Positions 16,518 through 25,717 of a stretch of 50,145 bases of DNA are shown here, piece by piece. The notes below the pieces were generated by a model. That model was not told the origin of the DNA and searched no databases. It was given only the letters and a program-made list of their open reading frames with translations. The stretch is from a virus (taxonomy: Duplodnaviria > Caudoviricetes), in IMG/VR virus record IMGVR_UViG_3300010400_000026, positions 1-50,145 of that record. The stretch is one strand, 5' to 3'. Made by a program: the position numbers and the translations under genes. Each line of letters starts with the position of its first letter. Positions within the stretch are counted from its first letter, which is position 1.

Positions 16518-18117
16518 ACCGGGCGCGCCGGCCATCATGAACTTCAGCCGGATCCCGCTCAAGAGCCTGATCGAATCGAAGACTAACCCGCGGCGCACGT
16601 TCAACCCCGCGCAGCTCGACGAGCTGACCCGGAGCGTCAAGGAAAAGGGCGTGCTGGTGCCGCTATTGGTGCGGGCGCTGCCCAACGGCAATGCCCCGAG
16701 TTTTCTGTACGAAGTCGTAGCGGGCGCACGGCGCTTTCGCGCAGCCAAAGCCGCAGGGCTCGTGGAGGTGCCGTGCGAGATCAAAACCCTGAACGACAAG
16801 GAAGTACTCGAGATCCAGTTGATCGAGAACTCGCAGCGGGCCGATGTGCATCCGCTCGAAGAAGCGCAGGCCTACCGGCAACTGCTCGAGAAGCACGGCT
16901 ATGACGTACAGGCGCTGGCGATCCGCGTGGGGAAATCGGAAAGTTACGTCTACGCGCGGCTGAAACTGAGCGATCTGAACAAGCGCGCGGCCGATGCGTT
17001 TCTGGCGGAAAAGATCACAGCCACCCATGCGCTGCTGATCGCGCGGCTGCAACCCAAAGACCAGGTGCAAGCCATCGAGTATTGCTTGGGCCAGAGCGGC
17101 GTAGGCTACCACGAAGATGTGGCGACAGCAGTCGAGCTGCGGTTGTGGATCGAGCGCAACATTCTGCTGGATCTGCACGCGGCGCCGTTCAAGAAAGACG
17201 ACGCGACACTCGTTCCGGAAGCCGGGGCCTGCACCACATGCCCGAAGCGCACCGGATTCACACCACAGTTATTTGCTGACATCAAGGCGAAGGACACCTG
17301 CACGGATCCGGCGTGCTTCAACGGCAAGGTGGACGCGTTCATTCAGATCCAGCTGACCGAGTGCAAGGAGCTGGTGCAGCTGTCGAGCGAGTACTCCGGG
17401 TACGGTTCCACGATCCCCAAGGGTGTGCTCTCGCGGAACGATTACCGGCCCATCGAGAAGGACAAAGACGCTTGCGCGAACACGGAGCCGGGCATCCTCG
17501 TGCACGGGCAAAATCGCGGCAAGCGCATCCGTTTCTGTCGGGCGAAGGACTGCAAAACACACAAGTCCTCGTCATCAGCTTACCGGCGCACCCCGCAGGA
17601 GATCGCGGCCGATAAGCAGCGGCGGGCCAAACAGCAGCAGCACGAGAGAACGCGGCTCGCAATCGCGAATGCCGTATTGGAGAAGGCCGATAAACATGAA
17701 ACGCATGTGGCGGAGTTCATCGTTCGCAGTATGTTCCAGGCATCCCATTACGACCGGCAGGCGTGGCTGGCAAAGCGGTGGAACCCGGGCCACAAGGGAC
17801 GATTTGACTTCAGTCAGATCACACAAGCTCTGAACGTGCGTCTTGCGAAGCTGGGCGGTGGCACGGCGCTCTACCAGGTGGCGCTCGAAATCGCCGTTGC
17901 GCGGGAGTGTGACCGCGGCGGGCCGAACGCGTACGGATACAAGGCCTCGGAAGATCCGATGCTCGTGCTGGCGAAGCACGCCGGCGTCAACGTGAAGGCC
18001 ATCGAAACGGCCATCGAAACGGCTGTGGCCGCCAAGTTCGCTAAGCAAGCACCGAAGTCGCCGGACAAAAAGCCTGCGACTCCCAAGAAACCGAAGCCGG
18101 CCAAACGGAAGAAATGA
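16495..18117 (+). CDS. ParB/Spo0J-family protein with long Cys-containing C-terminus
   Basis: NPRR.F, GVLVPLLVR, VAGARRFRA, EN.QR.D..PLEEA, HTH GKSESYV. Confidence 0.85.
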   Translation: MLPTTQTEPGAPAIMNFSRIPLKSLIESKTNPRRTFNPAQLDELTRSVKEKGVLVPLLVRALPNGNAPSFLYEVVAGARRFRAAKAAGLVEVPCEIKTLNDKEVLEIQLIENSQRADVHPLEEAQAYRQLLEKHGYDVQALAIRVGKSESYVYARLKLSDLNKRAADAFLAEKITATHALLIARLQPKDQVQAIEYCLGQSGVGYHEDVATAVELRLWIERNILLDLHAAPFKKDDATLVPEAGACTTCPKRTGFTPQLFADIKAKDTCTDPACFNGKVDAFIQIQLTECKELVQLSSEYSGYGSTIPKGVLSRNDYRPIEKDKDACANTEPGILVHGQNRGKRIRFCRAKDCKTHKSSSSAYRRTPQEIAADKQRRAKQQQHERTRLAIANAVLEKADKHETHVAEFIVRSMFQASHYDRQAWLAKRWNPGHKGRFDFSQITQALNVRLAKLGGGTALYQVALEIAVARECDRGGPNAYGYKASEDPMLVLAKHAGVNVKAIETAIETAVAAKFAKQAPKSPDKKPATPKKPKPAKRKK

Positions 18118-18530
18118 TCGAACTCGAAGACGGCGCGATCCGGTTGGAGCTGCGCGGCCACATCCCAGCCAAAGCCAACCGCTACCGAATCGGTTGGCGC
18201 GGCGGCAAAGCCGGGCTCAGGTTGGACGATGGCGTCAACCGGGAGCTGGCAGGCCTGGGATTCCAGATCAATGCGCAGTGGGCCGGAAAACCGCCGCTAT
18301 CGCATCCAGAAGTGCGGATCTGTTTTCACCTGGCCAGCTCGGGCCGCGATCGCGACAACGCGCTCAAGAGCCTGTTGGATCTGTTGCAGCAATGCGGAGT
18401 GATCCGAAACGACAACGTAGCAAACTTCAACGGCCGGGTGATCCTCGAGCCCGCTGTGATCTCATCGGAGGAAATGACCATTGTCGAACTGCGTGACACG
18501 TTTGCCACGAGCTCTTCCAGCAACGATTAA
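18114..18530 (+). CDS. RusA-like Holliday junction resolvase
   Basis: DRDNALKSLLDLL...GVIRNDN. Confidence 0.75.
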   Translation: MIELEDGAIRLELRGHIPAKANRYRIGWRGGKAGLRLDDGVNRELAGLGFQINAQWAGKPPLSHPEVRICFHLASSGRDRDNALKSLLDLLQQCGVIRNDNVANFNGRVILEPAVISSEEMTIVELRDTFATSSSSND

Positions 18531-19467
18531 GGTTTCCCGGGGCGCGAGGTCCTTGTGGGCCATCCTGCGCGATTACACAGGCTCCAAACCCGAATGCTGG
18601 CCAACGCGTGAGCGTCTGGCGGTGGATCTACAAGTCAGCAAGACCAGCGTCAGTGTGTGGCTATCGGAATTGTGCCGGGCCGGCGTCCTCGAGCGACAGA
18701 TCCGCGGCGGGCATCTTTCGACCGTCTACCGGCTCAAACTCCCGGAGGCTACCGGTCAATTGGCTTTGGATTTTTCTGTGGAAAAGCTCGCGGATATTCC
18801 TGAGAATGAGAACCCTGCTGTAAGTCTAGACTTACAGAATCTGGAACCCAGGGTTACAACCTCCTTATATCCAAGTGAACCTAAAAACAAAAACCAAGAG
18901 CAAGATCCTGAGACTGTACGGTTGTCCTCAACAGGGGAGGATTTCCACAACCCTGCCGAGCTTCGCGATCTTGCGCGCGGAATTTGGACCCAAACCGAAT
19001 CAGTAGCCGTGCGGCGTTCACTCAACGAATTCCCAGCGGTTCGAGAGCAACAAATCCCGCTGGCGACCGTGGAAGAACTGGTGAGATCCAGATCAAAATC
19101 TCTCAATCTCAGCGGGTTCGAAACGGCTGCATATCTCGCCAGGGCGGCGAAGGAAACGTGTCCATGCAGCAACTGCCAGCCGCGAGCGCCCGGATGGTTC
19201 GCTGTGGTGCTGGCGGATCGCGTCGAGCGCCACGCGAGCGGCAAAGAGCAATTCTTTCAGCCGGCGAAGCACAAACGCGAGCCAGTAGAACAGAAACCAG
19301 AAACCGCGAGCTCGCCGGCATACTTCCCACGGCCTGACGACCTGGTGGCCGCGGGCATCAACATCGCAGCACTGGCACAACTGAAGCGGCTACCCGACCT
19401 ACGCAGTGCCCGAGCGAAAACGCAGATTTTCGACGGGCATCACCAACCGGAGGAACAATTCGCATGA
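18481..19467 (+). CDS. Replication initiator with N-terminal winged HTH
   Basis: CWPTRERLA.DL.VS..SV...L.EL...G.L pattern; AT-rich internal linker. Confidence 0.7.
   Translation: MSNCVTRLPRALPATIKVSRGARSLWAILRDYTGSKPECWPTRERLAVDLQVSKTSVSVWLSELCRAGVLERQIRGGHLSTVYRLKLPEATGQLALDFSVEKLADIPENENPAVSLDLQNLEPRVTTSLYPSEPKNKNQEQDPETVRLSSTGEDFHNPAELRDLARGIWTQTESVAVRRSLNEFPAVREQQIPLATVEELVRSRSKSLNLSGFETAAYLARAAKETCPCSNCQPRAPGWFAVVLADRVERHASGKEQFFQPAKHKREPVEQKPETASSPAYFPRPDDLVAAGINIAALAQLKRLPDLRSARAKTQIFDGHHQPEEQFA
18777..18949. other. Putative replication origin
   Basis: Perfect 20-bp palindrome CTGTAAGTCTAGACTTACAG (18818-37) and A-rich tract, flanked by inverted DnaA-box-like sites TGTGGAAAA and ATTTCCACA. 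Confidence 0.55.
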
Positions 19468-19751
19468 GAGGCCTGAGAGGCAACGGCGCGGTGATCGAGA
19501 TCCCGCGCGCTCCAAGGCCAGGTGAGCAGTTGCGAGCCGAGCGGTTGCTGCAGGTGGCGAAAACACCAGAGGCGGCCAAGATTCCGGAATGGCTGGATCT
19601 ACTGATGCGTCTCTATCGCCTGCGGCAGCGGCTCGGACAGCAGCGCATCTACGCTGACGCCGGGCACATTCGCATCGGCGGGCGCTATTTAACCCAGCCA
19701 ATCTTACGCGAGCTGGTGACGCGGCTGGAAGTTGAGGAACAGAATGCCTGA
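19464..19751 (+). CDS. Hypothetical protein
   Basis: GGAGG RBS, coupled. Confidence 0.55.
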   Translation: MRGLRGNGAVIEIPRAPRPGEQLRAERLLQVAKTPEAAKIPEWLDLLMRLYRLRQRLGQQRIYADAGHIRIGGRYLTQPILRELVTRLEVEEQNA

Positions 19752-20022
19752 CATACCCACCACGCAGCCGGATCTGAGCGATAAGGGGCTGAAGCACGCT
19801 GCGTGGGAGACAAAGCGTGACCCTGATTCACTGTTCGCCTGGGTCCGCTCCGTCCGCGACCAAGCTCGTGCGGCAGAGCGGAAGCGGACGCTGCTGTGGG
19901 CGGCGGATTACTTGGATTCGTGCGCGAAAACAGCGATTGAATATAACGAGAAATACGTTTCGTCACACTTGGAGGTAATTGCAACAGGGTTGCGCCGCGC
20001 CGTCGAGGAGGGAGGCAGATGA
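19744..20022 (+). CDS. Hypothetical protein
   Basis: GAGG RBS, coupled. Confidence 0.55.
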   Translation: MPDIPTTQPDLSDKGLKHAAWETKRDPDSLFAWVRSVRDQARAAERKRTLLWAADYLDSCAKTAIEYNEKYVSSHLEVIATGLRRAVEEGGR

Positions 20023-20339
20023 CCTTTGAGAAAGAACTAGCGCACCTTCTGAATAAGTACAGCCAGGAGAACGGTGCGGACACGCCTGATTTCATTCTGG
20101 CTCATTATCTAGCCGACTGCTTAAGGGCGTGGGATAGGTCGATGGCCGCGAGGGAGAAATGGTATGGAAGGTCTCCTACGATCCACTTTCAAGATACGGA
20201 ATTATTCAAAGAATGGCTGAAGCGCAAGGGGTACGACTGGTCCAAGATGAATCTGTCGGAGCAGGATCGGGTTCGAGCGGAAAATATACGGGAGATGTGC
20301 GACCTAGTGATCAATCAGCCGACGCGAAGCGAGGAGTAA
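20019..20339 (+). CDS. Conserved phage hypothetical protein
   Basis: L..LLNKYS.EN..DTPDFILA.YL..CL..W...R..WYG motif. Confidence 0.65.
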   Translation: MTFEKELAHLLNKYSQENGADTPDFILAHYLADCLRAWDRSMAAREKWYGRSPTIHFQDTELFKEWLKRKGYDWSKMNLSEQDRVRAENIREMCDLVINQPTRSEE

Positions 20340-20345
20340 GGCAAA

Positions 20346-20693
20346 ATGTCTGAAAACCGGTTTGACTATCTGGTACCAGCCATTGGTCCGGTGTTCGAAG
20401 GACTTGAGGATCACGAAAAAATATACGCCCTAGAGCAAATGGCCGATTACGTGCCGCTCCGCACATTACCAGGAGAGAACGGCAAGAGCGCTATATACCG
20501 AATTGAACTAACCGTGGAGCAGAGAAGTATGATTGCGGCTGGAGGCGACATCCTCGTTGAGATTCTCCACCTTGGAGGCCCGCTCGCGCCAAGCCGCGTG
20601 ATGATTCTCAACCAACAGGATGTACCAGAGAACGAGCGGCATAACTTTAAACGCTGGTTTGCCGCTCAAACCAAAGGCCCTTATAGGGCCTAG
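20346..20693 (+). CDS. Hypothetical protein
   Basis: Q.DY.PL..L motif; RBS present. Confidence 0.6.
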   Translation: MSENRFDYLVPAIGPVFEGLEDHEKIYALEQMADYVPLRTLPGENGKSAIYRIELTVEQRSMIAAGGDILVEILHLGGPLAPSRVMILNQQDVPENERHNFKRWFAAQTKGPYRA

Positions 20694-20706
20694 GAGGGAG
20701 GCAAAG

Positions 20707-20883
20707 ATGCCTGAGCATGTAGGTTGTCAGCATTGCGGTTGCCGCCTGCTGGAATTGGATGAAGAAGACTTGCGTATCATTTGTCCACGATGCAACCGTG
20801 AACGATCAGATCTTATGGCCAAGCTGAAACGTAAGCGCGGTGGACTGCGGGCCTTCTTTCGGTGGGCGCTCAATCATGCCTAA
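20707..20883 (+). CDS. Small zinc-ribbon protein
   Basis: GGAGG RBS; CQHC...CPRC. Confidence 0.6.
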   Translation: MPEHVGCQHCGCRLLELDEEDLRIICPRCNRERSDLMAKLKRKRGGLRAFFRWALNHA

Positions 20884-21139
20884 CCCACTAACCGCCGAGA
20901 GAGTGCGGAATAGAATGAAAAAGGGTGACAGCCTAATCTTGACCGAGGAAGGGATGCGGAAGTTTCCAGGAGAGCCGATGGGAACGCTCATGGGGACTCC
21001 GCGCGATCCGCAATACCTGACCGTTCGGCGGGATGGACAGAAATCATTGTCACGATTTCACGCGTCTTTTTGGCGAAAGTTAAGAAAATCTGACCGCGAA
21101 CGGCTGCTCAAGATTGCCAGAAAGAACGCCGCATGGTGA
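20876..21139 (+). CDS. Small basic hypothetical protein
   Basis: Coupled ORF. Confidence 0.5.
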   Translation: MPNPLTAERVRNRMKKGDSLILTEEGMRKFPGEPMGTLMGTPRDPQYLTVRRDGQKSLSRFHASFWRKLRKSDRERLLKIARKNAAW

Positions 21140-21477
21140 CCGCCGGGAGAGCGCGGGAGATCGCGTTAACCGTCGAATTGGAGCACGAATTCATCAAGGG
21201 CACCTGTATTCATTGTGGACTACGCTATCGAGACGTAGTACGCCCGCAACTTGAGCAGCCATGCCCTACACGATTTGGGCGTATCCTCATCGACACCGCC
21301 ATCGAGACGCTGGAGGCGTGGCGCACCGAACACCGAAGTATACGTACTCACTGGATGGAATACGGCAAATCAGATGACTGCCATGAATGCGTGGCAATGC
21401 AGCGTCAACTCACCCGCCTGCGCGCGGAGCGGGAGCAATTAGAAAGTCGGGCCATCGCGCCCGTGAAAGGAAGTTAA
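21133..21477 (+). CDS. Cys/His-containing hypothetical protein
   Basis: HEF...CIHCG...CP; CHEC. Confidence 0.55.
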   Translation: MVTAGRAREIALTVELEHEFIKGTCIHCGLRYRDVVRPQLEQPCPTRFGRILIDTAIETLEAWRTEHRSIRTHWMEYGKSDDCHECVAMQRQLTRLRAEREQLESRAIAPVKGS

Positions 21478-21479
21478 CG

Positions 21480-21905
21480 ATGAAGCTAAAGCTGCTTGGG
21501 ATGTTGCTATTTCTGGGGACGTTCTTCACAACGTTCGGTGTACGGCTCTATGCTTGCTGTACCGTCAGTCAGCCGTACGCGACTTACTTTTCGTGCAATG
21601 AAGTAATCACCGTTGCATGTCAACCGACACAGTTCATGCGCTGCCGAGTGGTGGGCTGTGATCGCCGTTATAAGATAACCATTAACGGAGACTGTGTGAC
21701 TGGTGCGGTGACGTTTAATTCACGCGCAGGAGCGGTCAGTTACTGTGATTCCTCTGGGTTTCCAGATGGGCTGTGTATCGCACAGTGCAAGAACTCGATC
21801 ACGGTTGTGACCGAGAACCCTCTGGTCACCAAAAAGGAGCAATGCTTGGGGATTGGTAGCTGTTCTCCTGCGCCGACTAGCGTCTGCGCCTTTCCTGGTC
21901 CATGA
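21480..21905 (+). CDS. Secreted cysteine-rich protein (moron)
   Basis: AAGGA RBS; signal MKLKLLGMLLFLGTFFTTFGVRLYA; more than 10 Cys; lower GC. Confidence 0.65.
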   Translation: MKLKLLGMLLFLGTFFTTFGVRLYACCTVSQPYATYFSCNEVITVACQPTQFMRCRVVGCDRRYKITINGDCVTGAVTFNSRAGAVSYCDSSGFPDGLCIAQCKNSITVVTENPLVTKKEQCLGIGSCSPAPTSVCAFPGP

Positions 21906-21920
21906 AAAAGAGAGAAAAAA

Positions 21921-22691
21921 ATGAATAAAAAACAACTACTGTACGCCGCCGCGATTGTCGTCACAGCTATGGGAGCTGGCCTGGTCCTCGCCCCCAAGTC
22001 TGTGCCTATTATTCACCAGCTCCAGGCGCAAGCGCAGAAAAGCACCACTTACACGATCAAGTACAAGCAGATTAGTTCTGACCCGGCTAGTCGTTTCGTC
22101 GGCACTGATCTATTTTTGCAGGGTAAGCGGGCCAATGGTGACGTGCTGTATAAAAACCTTGCCCCGCACGAGCTCGTAGCTGACGGAGTTAGGAAAACCT
22201 TATCGGACAATCGACGCTCCATCGACTATGGCGCTCACCGGCTTTGGAGGGGGTACGATCCAGACAGAAAGATCAAGATGACTACCGGAGACGGGTCGCC
22301 CATTGAGGCCGAAGCGTACTACACCGGAAACAAGTGCGATGTTTACAAAAAGACCGGCAAGTCCGGGAAAATACTCGGCTTCGATGTCGTTGAAGTCCAA
22401 CAGTATCAGGGTAACTTGGATGTCGTCGTCTGGATGGCTCCGGATCTAGCCTGCGCTCCACTAAAGAAAATCGTAAAGAAGTTTTCCGACGACGCCGGCC
22501 ACGAAGGTGAGCCAGACGGAGCAACAATCACAGAGGCTTTCGAGGCCTCAACCGAACCGCCGCCGGATAGTGAGTTTGAGATACCGGCCGACGCTCAGGA
22601 GGTTAATCAGAGCGAGTGGTTTAAACAAGCGCTGCCTGAACTGGACGCGAAGTATACCGCGGACAAAAAGTCGAGGGAGGCTGGAAAATAG
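21921..22691 (+). CDS. Secreted/periplasmic protein (moron)
   Basis: Signal/TM N-terminus; KILGFDV, VWMAPDLAC.PL, EP..S.FEIP motifs; lower GC. Confidence 0.7.
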   Translation: MNKKQLLYAAAIVVTAMGAGLVLAPKSVPIIHQLQAQAQKSTTYTIKYKQISSDPASRFVGTDLFLQGKRANGDVLYKNLAPHELVADGVRKTLSDNRRSIDYGAHRLWRGYDPDRKIKMTTGDGSPIEAEAYYTGNKCDVYKKTGKSGKILGFDVVEVQQYQGNLDVVVWMAPDLACAPLKKIVKKFSDDAGHEGEPDGATITEAFEASTEPPPDSEFEIPADAQEVNQSEWFKQALPELDAKYTADKKSREAGK

Positions 22692-22737
22692 GCGCGACGT
22701 GAGCTGAACTGGAAGCTGGAGCAGTCGCAATAACCGC

Positions 22738-22757
22738 AACGGACAATAACGGACAAT
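22738..22757 (+). repeat. Tandem 10-bp repeat AACGGACAAT x2
   Basis: Abuts the TerS start codon; preceded by a related CGCAATAAC. Confidence 0.6.
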
Positions 22758-23166
22758 GCCGGCCAAGGGTAAATCAAGACTCAGCGATCGCCAGAAGCAG
22801 CGCATCGCGGCCGGCAAAGCACTCGGTCGGCGCCACCGGGATATCGCCGCCGATACACGTTTGGCAAAAACCACGGTCGATCATGCGGTGCTGAAGCCGG
22901 AAACTAAAGCTCTGATCCAGCAGTTCAAAGATGAGAACCAGGAGCAACTGAGCCGCATGTACAAGAAAGCGCTGGGCACTCTCGATGCCGATCTGGACCG
23001 GAAAGCCTTCGACGCGCGGATTCGATCACGGGCTCAGCTGATGGGGATCATCCAGGCGGGCGACGAGCGGATCGCGATCGGGGATCTGGGCGCCGGCGAG
23101 GACGGCGGGAAGTACTCACTCGAAGAGCTGCTGGTGGAGCACGTTAAACTGGTGCGAAGGAAATGA
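22756..23166 (+). CDS. Terminase small subunit-like HTH protein
   Basis: N-terminal HTH (HRDIAADTRLAKTTV), helical middle, position before TerL. Confidence 0.55.
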   Translation: MPAKGKSRLSDRQKQRIAAGKALGRRHRDIAADTRLAKTTVDHAVLKPETKALIQQFKDENQEQLSRMYKKALGTLDADLDRKAFDARIRSRAQLMGIIQAGDERIAIGDLGAGEDGGKYSLEELLVEHVKLVRRK

Positions 23167-23182
23167 ACCACGCGAAGGAGAC

Positions 23183-23734
23183 GTGACACGATCCCAGCGG
23201 CAGACACTGTTCGATGCACACCTGAAATGGGCCGAAGCCATCGCGCGTTCGGTCAAACGCACGCTGCCGCCATCGTTCGAAGTCGCCGATCTCGAACAAG
23301 AGGCGCGGCACGAAATGTGGAAAGCCACGCGCGACTACAACCAGGCCGATCCGCGCGGTGCGTCATTCCCCACGTTCGCCTATCAGCGGGTCCGGGGCGC
23401 GTGCCTGATGAGCGTGCGCCGGCGCGCGTACCGGGAAGCCACACACGGCCCGCTCTACGATTCAGCGGCTATCGATCACAGCTCGGGCCAGGATGCGCAC
23501 CAGGACAAACTGCGAGCGGTGCTGCTCGATGCGATCGGCCGGCTGCCCAGCTGGCTCGACCGGGAACGGCGCGTGCTGCGATTACACTACATGGCAGGTA
23601 TGCCGTTGAGCGACGTGGCGGTGAAGCTGAAGACCACCGACAGCCAGGCGCGGGAGATGCACGAGCGTGGCCTCGTAGCGTTGCGGCGGTATCTGGCAAC
23701 GCAGGGAATGCGGCCTCGGCATCTGGAGTGGTGA
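23183..23734 (+). CDS. Sigma-70 family factor (FliA/WhiG-like regions 2 and 4)
   Basis: DLEQEA..MWKA..Y..RG.SF.TFAYQRVRGA; ER.VL.LHY..GM.L.DVA..L. Confidence 0.85.
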   Translation: MTRSQRQTLFDAHLKWAEAIARSVKRTLPPSFEVADLEQEARHEMWKATRDYNQADPRGASFPTFAYQRVRGACLMSVRRRAYREATHGPLYDSAAIDHSSGQDAHQDKLRAVLLDAIGRLPSWLDRERRVLRLHYMAGMPLSDVAVKLKTTDSQAREMHERGLVALRRYLATQGMRPRHLEW

Positions 23735-23744
23735 GACGGCAATA
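23735..23744 (+). promoter_or_regulatory. GACGGCAATA, candidate late-promoter element
   Basis: 8 nt before ATG 23753, no clear SD. Confidence 0.45.
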
Positions 23745-23752
23745 GAGTTCTT

Positions 23753-23947
23753 ATGGAAAACCAGACACCGATTCCGCAGGATGATCCGATCTCAAACGCC
23801 ATCGGCGTGTTAGCCTTTCTCCGCAGTGTCATCCGTTGCGGTGAGGATCTATCCGAGCAAGAGTACGAAGTGGTTCAGAAGACCATCGATGCTCTGAAAC
23901 AAATCCAACCCAACAAGCAAGTACTCCCGACGGCAATAAACCCCTGA
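23753..23947 (+). CDS. Small hypothetical protein
   Basis: 64-aa ORF between sigma and TerL. Confidence 0.55.
   Translation: MENQTPIPQDDPISNAIGVLAFLRSVIRCGEDLSEQEYEVVQKTIDALKQIQPNKQVLPTAINP
23929..23938 (+). promoter_or_regulatory. GACGGCAATA, candidate late-promoter element
   Basis: 9 nt before the TerL GTG, no clear SD. Confidence 0.45.
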
Positions 23948-25717
23948 GTGTCGAGAGCCCAAGCTCTATCCGAGCAGGAACGCGTCCGAATTCTATCCGC
24001 GTTCGCGGATCATCCGCAATTCTGTCGTAGCTCGCTTCGCATTGCGAACAAGATGGGCCAGACCGTGCCCATCGAACTCAGCCCCATGCAACTCAAGGTG
24101 GACGCGGTGAAGCGCACGCAGCGCGCCGCCGGCAAGCCCGTGCGCGTGGTGATCCTCAAGCCGCGCCAGGTGTTCACGAGTGTCGGTGTCGCGACCGAAA
24201 TCTACAAAGATGTGGCCTTTCTGCCGGGCCAGCACGCGATGGCATTCGCTGACAGCGACAAGACCGTCCGCAACCTGTGGAGCTATTACGAACAGCTGCA
24301 ACGGCAGTACATCCCGTTTGAAGGCATCAAGCAACTGAAGCCGCTCAAGCCGCGATTCGGTGACGAGGTGCGATGGGATCGCGATTCCTGGGTGCAGACG
24401 GCGACCGCCAAGACTGCCACCTCGGGAAAATCCTACTCGATCCGGCATCTCCAGCTCGACGAATACGCCTACTACGGGGACTCGGCGGCGCTGATGACCA
24501 ACGTGCTGAACTCCGTGCCCGATGACGTGTTCACCAGCATCTACGTGCTCTCGACAGCCAACGGGCTCGGTGGTCCGTTCTACGAGCTGTGTCAGCGCGC
24601 GATGGACCCGGCCAGGCGTGGGGAATGGATCTTCCTGTTCTTTGCCTGGTTCGAGCATCCCGAGTACACACGCCCGCTCTCAGCAGACGGGTTCGATGCC
24701 CGGCGCTTCCAGGATTCGCTCGACAAGCAAGAACTCCACTTGATGGAGCGCGATGGTGTGTCACTCCCGCAGCTCAACTGGCGACGTTGGGCCGTTATGA
24801 ACAAGTGCGAAGGCTCGATCGATCGCTTCAACCAGGAGTACCCGAGCAGTCCCGAGCTGGCGTTTCTCACGTCAGGCCGTCCAGTCTATGACAGCCGCGC
24901 GCTCTCAATGATGCCCATCGTCCGCGAGCCCATGATCGGTGGACTCCAGGAAGTCGATATCGGCACGCGCCGGCTGGTGCAGTTCATTCCCCGCGACAAT
25001 GGCGAGCTGCGCGTATGGAAGCGGCCGCAGGAAGGGCGAGCCTACGTGCTGGGTGTGGACACTGCCACCGGCAAAGACGTCAGCGACGAAGCCGGTACCT
25101 CGCTCGCAACGTCTGATCCGGATTTCAGCGTCGCGCAAGTGCTCGATCGCGATACCGGCGAGCAAGTAGCCTGCCTGCGTGGGCGCATCGAACCGGATCC
25201 GTTTGCGGAATACACTTGGGCCCTGGCCGCCTGGTACAACTGGGCCTTCATCGTTCCGGAAAAGAATTTCGGCTCCGGCATCGCGTTCATCGAGGGTCTG
25301 TTACGCCGGCAATACCCGATCGGTCTGATCTATCAGCGCAAGCGCAACGCAGATGACCGGCGCAGCCCCAGCCTCCAGGAGCTGGGCTTCGACACCAACC
25401 AGGTGACCAAGCCCCAGCTGATCTCGATCGCCGCGCGCGCCATCCGCGAAATGTCCGTGCTGATTCACGATCCCATCACGCTCCAGGAACATCGCACGTT
25501 CGTGTACAAAGCCAACGGACGCATGGAAGGGATGCGCGGCTGCCATGACGATTGCGTGATCGGTTTCGCGCTGGGGGTTGTGGGAATCGGTGCTGCCCCG
25601 CGCGAGGTTCGGCGCATGGAACACCAGCTCGTAGGGACCAGGCCGCCAATGGGCCAGACCGGGCCAGTTCCGTACGGCCGCCGGCGCCGGCTCGATGAAT
25701 TTGCCGAGGTGAGGTGA
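23948..25717 (+). CDS. terL: Terminase large subunit
   Basis: ILKPRQ Walker A-like, LQLDEYAY Walker B, STANG, QEYP, YVLGVDTA, HDDCVI nuclease motifs. Confidence 0.92.
   Translation: MSRAQALSEQERVRILSAFADHPQFCRSSLRIANKMGQTVPIELSPMQLKVDAVKRTQRAAGKPVRVVILKPRQVFTSVGVATEIYKDVAFLPGQHAMAFADSDKTVRNLWSYYEQLQRQYIPFEGIKQLKPLKPRFGDEVRWDRDSWVQTATAKTATSGKSYSIRHLQLDEYAYYGDSAALMTNVLNSVPDDVFTSIYVLSTANGLGGPFYELCQRAMDPARRGEWIFLFFAWFEHPEYTRPLSADGFDARRFQDSLDKQELHLMERDGVSLPQLNWRRWAVMNKCEGSIDRFNQEYPSSPELAFLTSGRPVYDSRALSMMPIVREPMIGGLQEVDIGTRRLVQFIPRDNGELRVWKRPQEGRAYVLGVDTATGKDVSDEAGTSLATSDPDFSVAQVLDRDTGEQVACLRGRIEPDPFAEYTWALAAWYNWAFIVPEKNFGSGIAFIEGLLRRQYPIGLIYQRKRNADDRRSPSLQELGFDTNQVTKPQLISIAARAIREMSVLIHDPITLQEHRTFVYKANGRMEGMRGCHDDCVIGFALGVVGIGAAPREVRRMEHQLVGTRPPMGQTGPVPYGRRRRLDEFAEVR

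Noticed and set aside
18001-18023. ATCGAAACGGC(C) tandem duplication in ParB
   Set aside because: Simple in-frame slippage (IETA x2) with no evident function.
24150-24185. TerL Walker A KPRQVFTS lacks the usual Gly
   Set aside because: This motif varies among terminases and the other motifs are intact, so there is no basis to call a defect.
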